From Balanoglossus misakiensis (Eukaryota; Animalia; Hemichordata): 64,000 nt of DNA. Position numbers and translations under genes: made by a program. Location: assembly GCA_040954595.2 (NCBI GenBank), contig CM082582.2, positions 8,857,483-8,921,482 on the forward strand, read 5' to 3'. Below, in pieces: positions 10,658-22,068 of this stretch. The notes beneath the pieces were generated by a model. The model was not told where the DNA came from. It worked only from the letters and a program-made list of their open reading frames with translations, and made no database searches. How positions within the stretch are numbered: position 1 is the first letter of the stretch; each line of letters starts with the position of its first letter.

Positions 10658-13057
10658 CACTCTCAAATTAACGTATCGTCTTGAGTATTAAACCCTTCCC
10701 ATGATAAAATATTTAGGCAAAACGGAAAGTTTTGACTCTTCGCTGGTTACTGTTATGAGTATAACTGCACTGCCCCGCTTGTCGGCTTTTTCGAAGAATT
10801 CTCGAATTCCTAAAATGTTACGCGCACAAAATTACTATAGCCGATTGGTCTTTTTCGGTGCCATATACATGTACATCTGGTATCAACTGTACTATTCATT
10901 TGAACGTTCAATGTTTAAATGGTATGTCTGGGGAACGGGGCCGTAAAATATTTCCCTCGAAATAATCGCTTATTAATACCACCGAGTGCGTGTGGGTCTC
11001 CTCGCCCGGTGCGGCGTTTCCGTGGAGTTCAAAGAGCGCGAGTAAATACGACATCGCACTTCCCTGCGCCGCGGGGTGTGCGATCCGAGACAGCGTGCGG
11101 CCTACTGTGCAACACAGCGTTCTCCAGTTGACTGACTGTCGCCATTGCTACTAAGTCAAGTGCATCCGCCCCCATCATACCAGTGAGCACCAAAGGTTGC
11201 CTCTATGGGGAAGTTTGCTCGACTTGTTCCAGTGCGATACATGCCTGCTTACATTACAAAGCTTGCGAAATCAGACATCGCGACAAGTTATCGTTCACGT
11301 CTTACCTTTATGTGTCATGTTTTCAAAACTTGCGTGTCTTCCAGATAAAGAAATAAATGCTTCGACCAGGGAAATGCTCTACTTGTAAGCGTTTTCCTAT
11401 GGGTCGGGACGCGCCAGTGGGCAGCTTGTGGTATCTCTGAGCAACTTTCCAGAACGGTTTGAAGAAATTGGCAATGCCCGGGGTCTCGCTCTGGCGTTCA
11501 CTGCACCACCATCCCAATGTTTGGAAAATACTAGTTCAAGTGGCCCTCTTTAATTACTGTGAAACTTTTCCCACTTGTAAGAGGGAACAGAGGAGAAAAG
11601 CATTTGAATTGTTTGACAGCTAATGAAGCAAGTCGTTCTCAATTGGCTGGAACAACTTCTGAAATGCCTCCGCATTGGCTCGCCGTCAGCCACAGTGCGG
11701 ATACGCGCGACTGCGCAGGCGCGGCGAGGTGGCTATGCAAAACGTGGGAACGGGCAGATGCCTGAGATGTAGCGCGTCGTAGTGAAGGAACATCGATCCA
11801 TCGAGTTTTTCACATGCACGGTAAATTAGCCGAGTAATAGTAAATACTTGACGAAACAGAGCCGCGTCTCGCATGCACACAACAAGAGATGACGCAAAAT
11901 GATAAACTTTGCATGGATTACCAACATTCAGATGGCATAAACTTTTTGCGCTGTACTCAGTCGTCAGCCATCTTCACTTAATCTCGCTCATCTTCTTTTC
12001 TGACCCATTTGCAGGAAAAAAACGAAACCTCTCTTCAAAATGATTTGCCCTTCCCCCCCCCCCCCCACACACAAAAAAAATGATCGAGTTATATCATAAT
12101 AAGAGTCCCCACCGGTGGCGTAAATTCGATCGGGTTATCGTCATAAAACGATGCTCGAAACTAATTCATCCAAGCCATCGCCAAGACGTCGTATTCTAAT
12201 CGTTACCGGAGAACTTGAGAAGTTGTACCACGAGCAACTTTCTTAAGTAGCGAAGCAGAACCGTTACTCGCGGCCGGACAGCTCTAATTTTTGTGTGGCA
12301 GTTTTGCAATTAACGGCCTTTGTGTAACAATGCCATTGTCTTTCTCGATGGATTCAGCCATCTATGAAATAATCGTTAAAGTTGCCCTTTCATCGAACAG
12401 CGATGGTTAACACTAATTTAAACTGCCGTGGGGTTAGTTTCGACTCTTATTGTTTTAATGCGCTGTCGCCCCCTTTACTCTCGGATTATGGCGCACGAGT
12501 TCAATAATTAAAGCAAGCTTAACTGTTCGGTAGCGGAAAGAAAATGAAAGGGGTGCCGAAGATATCGGACTACAAGAAGAATGGTCATCAAGAGGGTATA
12601 TGTCCCGTGATGCACTGCGAAACGATGAAAATGATGACGAATAGTTTAACAGCGACAAAACGGTGACGTAGACGACGAATGATGGTGGCTATGCTGCCAG
12701 CAAAATTGGCTTGAAACGTGCGTCAAAAACGACAACTCCCCCAATGTAATCCACCCTTTCTATTCCTATAACAGTAGTCTTGCAAAATTATATAAGTTTT
12801 ATATATGTTTACACCAATCCCCTCAAAAATTTAATTAACTGTGAAAATGTATAATATGACGTGGAGCGTTGCTATGATACGAAGAGTTTCTGAAGATCTC
12901 CTCGCACGATCATCTTTTTCGGATTGTTTTTGTCGTTCTGAGAGCTATAGTGGCGGTTGACTGATTCGGCATAGAAACGAGAAAAACAGTTCGGGTTGTA
13001 CGCTACAAGTTCGGCAAAATCTGTTACAGCTACATATACGAGTAGATTTTATATAAT

Positions 13058-15167
13058 ATGGATTCATTTTTGCAGAACGCAACTTGCAGCGACAACGACA
13101 GTAACCTGGATACGCGATCGACGGGGTTGGTCGTCTTCGAAGTGTCTTTCCTTGTCGTCGTCATCGCGGTCAGCGTTCCGGGAAACTTGCTCGTCGTCGC
13201 CTGCGTCGCGGTGGACAGGAAACTGCGAACCGTGTCCAACATTTTCGTGGTGAACCTGGCAGTGGCCGACATAATAATCACGGGAATTTTGATGCCTTTT
13301 ATTGTGACGTCAGTGGTAGTGAACGACTGGATATTTGGAGAGCCATATTGCAAGGTGGGATGTCACATATGTAACGAGTTGTTATCACTTGAAAAAAGGT
13401 CTTTGACACCTTACGTGTTTCCTGCAGTAAGCGTAGAAATTACAGGCCCTAATAAGTATTACCATGATCTTCCATATATGTGGTTAAAAGTGGTCGATTG
13501 AGGGCGCACTCGCGAATCAACAGGTGTCATTATAACATTGTTGCAATGATTGCTGTAACTATCGTCAAGAACTAATGAACTTTACAAGCATAATTTCGGG
13601 GGGAATCGATGTATTTTCATATTCTCCTCCTCCTTTTCATATTCTCAGGATGGCGCGGGGAGATATCAGACTAGATTAACAGGAAATTAAGTGGCGACTA
13701 TTAAGCTTCTTTTACATTGCAGTGGATTTGTTGGAGAGAGAAAAAAAACAATTTTTAAAATTTTTTTTCCAGGTTCATGGTTTTATTCAGACGATCTTGT
13801 ACACGGGTTCCTACTACACACACGCAATCATAGCTCTAAACCGTTACTGCCTCATCGCCTACCCAGCTCGGTACTGTAGGGTCTTCAGTCCCCGGAATAG
13901 TGTGCTGGTCGTGTCGGCCATTTGGCTCACCTGCGGTATCTATGCACTACCGCAGGTGATTCCACACACCGGGATAGAAGTTGTCTACATCGCGGAGATA
14001 TACAACTGTATGTTCGACGGCTCGTCGAATCTGGTCTATCTCTGCGTAACGGCCGCTTTGGCGTACGCCCTGCCGTCACTGGTGACCGCTTTCTCATACG
14101 CGGGGATATACCTCACCGTGCGGGCCAGCAGAAAGAGGGTACAGGCGGCCAGCAACTCAACGAGCCGCCAAAGAATGACTGCAGTCAGCCGATCGACGTC
14201 GAGCGACAGCAGCGAGCGAACGACCGACAACGAAAAGCTGACGAAACACTTGTGTTTGGTGACGCTGGCGTTCTTCGTTTGCTGGGCGCCGTATTGCATC
14301 GTCGCTACGGTCGACGCCTTTGACGATGGTTACATTCCAGAGTGAGTATTAGTTTTGTCGTGTCACCATGACCTTTGTCAATAATGTGGGACGGATATTA
14401 CCAGGTTGTTTATGTCTGGGAGCAGTGTGTGAGCTGTGTCCGTATAGTCGATGAATTGATCTGTTTGCGGTTGCTCACGGATTACAAACATTTCGAACTT
14501 CAAGATGTTGCTAAGATATTGTGATGTCATAATATATACGGGACTGTCGAATTTGGTTCGTTGCTGAGCAACAGGTCAATTTCAACTTTATGATACAATC
14601 TTTAAACTGTAAATTATCGTAATCTTGATGTTTCGATTGTCTACATTTCTTTCTCGCGGAATAAATATGCAGGAACTGGGGGGACACCATAGGTGTAATA
14701 TTCGTTTTGCGAGATTAACAGGTTTAATTAACACGTGGTAGTGATGTTGTGTAATCAGAATATGCTAATCAGTTGGATGGTACATCTGAATTCATACATA
14801 CTCGTACTCATCATGCATAATTTCTAGCGTGCAAAAAATTGTGCCGCTGCACTGTCTGAAGTCATAAGCTGTGCACATAAAAATTGAAAGTGTATTATCT
14901 GAAATGACATAAAACTTCTCGGTTCTGTTCTTTGACCACATTTTCGTTTCTTTCAGCGCTGTGCACACGGCGACCAATTGGCTGGCTCTCAGTAACAGCG
15001 CTCTCAACCCGATGCTGTACGGCGGGATGAATCGGCAATTCAGGAGCGCCTACAGAAAGGTTGTCTGTCGGTCAAATTGCCTCGAGTCCCGTGTGTCTGT
15101 CGAAGATGCAGTGGCCACTCGGTACCGAAAAGAACAGACGCGTGGAGATCCTTCTTCTCCCAGGTGA
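13058..15167 (+). CDS. Class A (rhodopsin-like) GPCR, melatonin-receptor/Moody-Tre1-like (3 exons)
   Basis: Exons 13058-13354, 13773-14341 and 14957-15167 are phase-consistent. Motifs: TM1 GN, TM2 NLAVAD, TM3 C...IALNRY, TM6 FFVCWAPY, TM7 NSALNPMLY, helix 8 NRQFRSAY; N-terminal NAT sequon. Confidence 0.92.
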
Positions 15168-16798
15168 TGGAAAGTGGTGTTTAGCACGGTTATTGGCCAG
15201 CGTCAGGCCTTGGCCAACGTATAGAACTCAGCGGATTTGAATGTGGCACTCAGTCTGTGGCATTTTTCACATGCACGTGGAAATATTACATACGTAGATG
15301 TTCATTTTAAAGGCACATTTTCTTTATCAACTTTATCTAAAAGCAAACGGCTTGACTTGATAAAGACTTTGTCACGCGTCAGGGCTTGACTGCTGTGGTA
15401 ACCATTGGCTACCGAAAAAAATAAACGGGTCAACCTCTCCAGGTTTGACAGAAATGCGAACTTTCTTTGTGTTTGTGAAAGTATGAAGGGCGGTAACGTG
15501 ACGAGCACACCAGACGAAGAGTAACTGACTGTTTCAATTCCAACGGGGTGACTGTTTTTTTTTTCGCTTTATTAGTGAATTTGTCAAGCTCATATCTATT
15601 TCATAGTAAATGGGAGCCCAACCTTACATAAACCTATAGACAAAATTGATTTTTGGTTTAGATGATAATCTTATAATCGCCCAGCTAATTACTCCTGTCT
15701 GGTTTTGCTAATCCCTAAATGGGTGGTGTGTCTCGTTATAAATTCAAATATCGACTGAGTGCATGCTTTAAAGTGGGTAACACACTGGTAAACAGATTTT
15801 ACCATGACGCCGTGCGATGACGTCACAACTTCCTCTCAAGACAGACGTCGACAAAAGAAGTCTACTGATCCGACGCCCGTGGCGCAGTGCACGGATATGT
15901 TGAACTGGGGCGCCCTCAAGCGACGGGTCTTCCAATATCTACCTATACCACAGTCACTCTCCACACATTTCTGTAGCAAAAGTCCAAAATGGTGCCATGA
16001 TTTTGTGATGCAGGCCACACACCCCTACCATATACCATGACAGGTATATTCTCCTCCTTCAACAACAACAACAAGATGATGTTGGGAAAGGGGCCTCAAG
16101 GAAGTCTTTCTGTATAATATACTTGGTTTGAGTAAACTTCAGGGAGAAAAGTGTAACCACCGTAGCTTTCACACAATGTCACGATATTAATAACTATATT
16201 GCACTGAATAGCACATAATCAATACAGGTTAATGTATCAATACAGAATAACTTAAATCTCAGAACAGAAACTTTCTGAATGTCATATAGGAAGAAAAAAC
16301 TGCTGAAATATTAGTACTTGCTTCTTATCTGAAGTGAACATGAAATGGTCAATGAAAATGAAAACAGTTTGCACTGCACAAAAGTAATGTACCATTGATT
16401 TTTTTGTCAAATTGTGGGTATGGATCAATATCGTTAAAACTATAGGTGTGATAACATTTCAAGGGAATGTAGTAAGGATAATATATACAATATAAAATGA
16501 ACAACAGATCACTTTCATCAAGTTTGAAGCAATTAAAAACTAATACAAATAGGTTTGAAGGAAAGAGTTAATTAATTAGAAAATTCAGGACGGATTTGTT
16601 AAAATAACAAGTATTTGAATAACACTGTCACTAACTTCTCACATGTGGTCCGACACATGTTGGTTGCATAACTAGATAAGGCAATACTGACTAGAAAGTA
16701 GAATGTAGCTACAGTGTTCCACTTCAGTTTAGAGGAAAACTGTGTGACCTGAAGATAGAGACACATCAAAGATGCTTCTCCAGCATTGTATGCCTCCT

Positions 16799-18697
16799 TT
16801 AACAGTCTCCTTTTGGACACAGCTTGGCCAATGCATCATGGGATTCCGCTACACCTTTGGATGCTGCATACTTCAGCAGGTCCTTCGCTTCACTGCAATA
16901 AAGAATCGAAAGTTTTCATTTTGAGATCAAACTCTCTTCATCATCAAGTATGCTGGTAAAAATATATTTTTGTACTGCCAGAAAGTATTATTTTTTTGTG
17001 GTAACTTACTCTCGACCAGTTACATCTGTCTTGTATCCCTGCAGGTGACCGACAGCCAGGTTATGTGATGAGTGTGGGTGGCCTTTGTTGGCTGCATGTC
17101 TGCAAGCGAAATCATAGAACAAGGGTTTGTGTGAGTGGTCTTCTACAGCAATATATAGGTGAGTAAGAGTATAAAATTCAGATAACTCAAGAAGAGCATA
17201 AAATAAGCAATATCACTTAAATTGGTCTCCATAAAAGACAGCCAGCTAGTAGAAGGAATCCCGCATGTACATCCCATTTTCACACTGCCCCCATCATCAG
17301 CCTTACCTAAACCACTCCATGGCTTTGTCATTGTCCTGATCCACACCTTTTCCATTGAGGTACCTCTGTCCAACCAGATGCATGGCCTGAGCATGACCCA
17401 TATGGGCGTAGGCATGGGTCACATGGAAATGCAGGTTGTCAAAGTAGAAATAGGCATAGTAGATGAAAAACACTGTGAAGGCAATCAGTAACGCCTGTGG
17501 ATGAGAACGAAATGAACTCTTTATAATCAAGTTCACTATGATATGACATTTTGCATTTCTCTCATATTATTACAAAAGCAGCTTCAAATATATTTAGATG
17601 TAAAGAGGCTTTTGTTAAGGACACGCAACAGTCTACACTACATTTTAATTAATTAATTTTAGATTAATATCACCGCATGATTAGAACACACCCTATGATA
17701 ATACTGATATTCTTAAGTGCTAATGAATATTTCTTTTGTGGTATTGTCATCCTTTTGAAATTTTAAACACCAGCAGGTCATTTCAATCATGCAGTGTGAA
17801 TGCATCTTTTCCACACAATTTACGCCATTATCCCAGAATGGGTGTCACAAAGAATTGAACCTCACACAATATCAGTGACTGCCGTAGAGTAATGTGTTAT
17901 CAATATCTGCTCACAACTTGTATCAAGAATGTTAAATATTCATTTCTATGACAACCAACCAAACGTGAGTGAAATGGAGATCAATTAGTTTTCTGAGGCC
18001 ACATGAAATGACGACACAACAAACACCTGCGCGAAAACTGGAGTGGGAATGAAAAGCGCATGCAGGCGTGTATGTTGCTATAGCAACCGTTTTAGCTGGC
18101 GTATACTGCCATAGCAATTGTTCGAGTGGTTGATACCCGGCCTCTCCGCTTTGTTTACGCCTTCGACGATGTTAATAATTCAAGTGTAATCAACCAATAG
18201 CAGAGTGCTTCGTGTTCCGGAAATTTCGACACTGTGTCAATATTGATTGAAAAAGAAACAGTGTCGGAGCGGAGCCTCCACAAATGGTCCAACATTGTGT
18301 CGTAAATATAGATGCAATATATTGTTTTCCGATTAAAACACCGGCCACATTTCCTTCATCACGACTCAATGTCATAACACAATAATATTTCCAACTCTGT
18401 GTGCATTTACTTTCAAGAATTCATAGACTGCGTAACAGGTGCATTCATTTCCCAGCAAGTGCATTGAAATGTCAAATCGACCCGTTGCCGCGTACGCGCG
18501 CTTGGCTTCCCTTTACGTACCTCAAGAATTCTGACAGTCAAAGTATCTGGTTTCTTCTTCCTCGCCAAGTATACCTTTCCTCCGTACGGCAACTTTGGGT
18601 CGTATTCTTCGCCGTCGTCATCATCGATAAGCGGCGCAAATTCCTCCGCATCCATAGTCTGCGGAGTTCTCCGACGGACGCCACTCTCGCTCGCCAT
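16799..18697 (-). CDS. Small single-pass membrane protein with C-terminal Sel1-like repeats (4 exons)
   Basis: Exons 18697-18521, 17494-17307, 17099-17010 and 16892-16799 are phase-consistent. TM ALLIAFTVFFIYYAYFYF. Sel1-like units AMHLVGQRYLNGKGVDQDNDKAMEWFRHAANKGH and SSHNLAVGHLQG...EAKDLLKYAASKGV. Confidence 0.85.
18074..18087. promoter_or_regulatory. RFX X-box (palindromic GTTGCTATAGCAAC) in intron 1 of the Sel1-repeat gene
   Basis: Perfect match to the RFX consensus GTNRCY-AT-RGYAAC. A second degenerate copy lies at about 18106-18118. Confidence 0.5.
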
Positions 18698-19937
18698 CTT
18701 CTTCAGCTCTTAAGCCTCCCTAGCCAATCGAGTATGTTTCCACTTTCCCTTTTCGTGCTCCCTAAGCTGGCTTAAAATCGTTCCAAATTATCCCCCATCC
18801 CGGTATTGGCTTTTTCATCTCGCTTTTAACAGGAAAAGAACTTAAATATGATTTCTGTAAATGATCCCAATGTTTTTGTTATGTACTGTGTTCAGACTCA
18901 CAACCACTCAGCACTGCCTATAAACTCTGTCACACCTACAACAGATGATGATACATGAGACATGCAAATTGCACTGTACAGCAAAAGATTTTTATTGGAT
19001 GATCAACAGGATTATTAAAATGAAAGCTACAGAAAGGAATATTTTTAAAAACACAAACACACAACATGGACACACATGAAAACAGGCATTTTCCAACAAA
19101 AATCATGGGATATCTGAATATATTTCAGTTCAACAATACTGTTTGGGGTAACATAAAAAGGCATGGTGTGGTATTCAAAAATAAAACCAGCTGGCTAGCT
19201 GGATTGTCAGCAGCTGCAGGTGTATTAGGATAACAAAACCACCGTACCAGCAAGTTTAAAAGCCTTTATTCCCAAAGAACATTTCAATACAGTATTTCTT
19301 AACTTACACAGGAAATTTCAGGTGGACAATTGACTGCAGTTTTTTTTCAATTCAGAGAAACTTCGTAACACAAAAATATATATCTTTTGTTACTGCGATA
19401 AAATGATGAAACAGTCCTATAAAAATTATCACTTTAGTATCTTAGGGGATATTTGGTACTTGCACAAGATCATAATATTGTACAAATATTTTCCGCATTA
19501 AAAACAAAAAAAAATTAACGGAAAAGATAACGGAAGTGTGACACATAGGGATAAATACTGGGTTAGAAATCAGAGCGTGATCTGATTTCACAAGAACATA
19601 ACACGAAAGTACAGAAAGATACAAAAGCACATGAAAACCAAAGAATTTCATAATTTAAGTATATGATTTATATTTGTCACAATTCTTATGTTATGATCAT
19701 TACAATTTACATCTCAGTTATTTTTCTTTTCAACATGACAGGGTACAAATTTACTTTTTAAATCATGTGTATTATACAAAGTCCAAGAATTGACCTATGT
19801 ACAGGAGAGAGAGTTGGAGGACCATGACTAATGGACAGTGCTTGGGAACACCCTGAATAGTGCATAGCTAAGCTGTTGACTGGTGGCAGAGAGGAGTTCT
19901 TGCTTGGGGTGGATGGGGGGCTTCAGGATTCCGCCGG

Positions 19938-21673
19938 TTAAGGTGCACCTTCATCAACACCAGCCTGAGTCATCAGATCAGCTATGTTCTTCTCAAGGTC
20001 ATCTATGCGACCGCCCATGTCATCGAGTGGGTCACGGTTAAGGAAAGAAACTCAATGCTATAACGTGTTTGATAAATTTGGACACACATGTATACATTGT
20101 GTACACTGTTGCCATGGTGATGATATTTGCTTGTGACAAAAGGATATTTCTTGTGATTATCTGATCAGACATCTGTTGGAATCTGTCCTGCATCTGCTGT
20201 AGGAGCTGCTGCACCTGTTGTGAGAAAAGAAAGAAAAAACAGTTAGCCGGGTTCACATCAAACAAATATATGCCAAAACTAATATGGTCATGTTGGACTT
20301 ATTTATAATCATGTATGAACAGGTTCTGGATTTGGGAGTGGGGTTTGGAATTTGAATGTTTGCTTAGAATATCAACATGTAATCATTAGTTATATTTGTA
20401 AATAACGACACTTGACAATGATGCTGTTCACTTAGTGAAACACAAAGCATGCATTGTAAAAGCTAACTGCAAGCACATATGCTGGTTCTTATAGCAACTA
20501 CCATTCTGGCAAGGAGCCAAACTTTCTTGTGCAACACAACAGTCAAACGATATTAGGAGCTGATTAAAATCAGTAAGCTGTTTGATAGAACCTATAATCC
20601 AAATAAAAAATAAAGCATCTACTAGTTGGCTTGGTTTCAAATTTGAAATTAAAATGTACCCCTACACCTGTAGTTACATTCCTCATTTAAGGCAGGAGTC
20701 CGGGACCACTAGGTTATGTATACTCCAGACTTAATTCATCTAATTTCAAGTAGTGCAAATGAATACCACTTTTATAGCTGCTACTGATTACTATTTTATA
20801 ACTGTTAACAGAAATGGTTTCAAATGAATATCCCCTCTCCAAGACAGTCTATGAAATGTTTCAGTATTCCCATTTTGCATTGTCAAAAAATCCGGTATGG
20901 ACCTACAACAGATAAAAAAATGCCTGACAACGTGTATTTCACCAAAATCTATGGTTTGCATTGTTCTCAGACGGTTGCTATAAACAAACTGTCAACCAGA
21001 ATTGCTCTGTGTACCATGACAACCAAAGCCACCTTGCCTGTCACTCTGTGATTGATACAACTTTGGACTTTACTGGGACCAAACCAAACGGTCACCGTGA
21101 CGGCAGCAGCCTGGACCAGACAATGAGCTGCCTCCATTGTGTTGAAATGCTCACAAAAAAGAATTCAGCATGACAATGTCCAGACCCTGGGAAATATGTC
21201 CCCGCTGTTAAACCCTGAATGCAATAGTTTATTGCTTGTGTTGAATGGTGAATAGGTGTTGGAACATGTTTCCTGCTGTTTGCCCTATTGTGTTTGCTCA
21301 GAAAATTGTTTCATAGGAACTACAATACCAATTGCCTTGTAGTGGCTACTAAAGATTTTGCAATCTCAAAAATTCAATAAAATGTTTTCACTTTAAACAT
21401 CATAACACAGTTAAAAGATGAACTGCCTCTCTGATATTACAAATACGGCAGAAACCGATAGGGTTTAGCAAATCAGAGAGAAGTGACTGGCAGTGGTTAC
21501 AACACGTAAGGCATTTCATTTGCAAATTTGTATGGTTTCACCTTGATGAAAATTTCCCCATTTCTCCCAATTACGCTGAGAATACACCAGGTTATACTTA
21601 CAAACGCTGTCAGGTCTTGTACATTTTTTGGATCTGAGGTATCGGCTGCGATTCCTGTCCTGACGTCGGTCAT
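19938..21673 (-). CDS. HSBP1: Heat shock factor binding protein 1 (3 exons)
   Basis: Exons 21673-21602, 20214-20148 and 20026-19938 give [75 protein letters not shown], the HSBP1 coiled-coil signature. Confidence 0.96.
20027..20147 (-). other. U12-type (minor spliceosome) AT-AC intron, 121 nt
   Basis: 5' splice site ATATCCTT; branch site TTCCTTAAC about 10 nt before the terminal AC. Splicing restores the conserved ITRI-DDMG reading frame. Confidence 0.93.
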
Positions 21674-22068
21674 TTTGGAAGAAAATGCGAAGGGGTGTTA
21701 CTACGACGAGAGGTAGATGACAACAACCGCTGAGCTATGTGCAACCGACGCTTGCTTTGTACGCATGTGCGATGACCTGTGTCACGATACGCATGATCAA
21801 AATGTTGTTTTCAGTTTGTCTTTCAATGATCTGGCTGGACTAGTCGCTCGATTTTTATTATAAGATCCGAATTTTAATGCGTACCACTCACAAGTTTGTT
21901 TGAAAAGTATTGGATCGTACATATAGAAGCGCGAAATTAGTCGGGCGATCAAGAACTACCTCAGCCCGGCCCCACCGACGCTGTGTACCGTTGAGCCATC
22001 CTACTTTCCTAGCCTTTTGACGGTTTTGGTCAGTATGATTTTCGGGATTTTCAAATAACCGTCGATCG
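21674..22068. promoter_or_regulatory. Bidirectional promoter region shared by HSBP1 and FBXO15
   Basis: Divergent ATGs are about 395 bp apart. The region is CpG-rich and has an NRF1-like TACGCATGTGCG at about 21760. Confidence 0.6.

Noticed and set aside
14957-15030. GPCR as an opsin next to a Pax gene
   Set aside because: TM7 (NWLALSNSALNPMLY) lacks the retinal-binding lysine.
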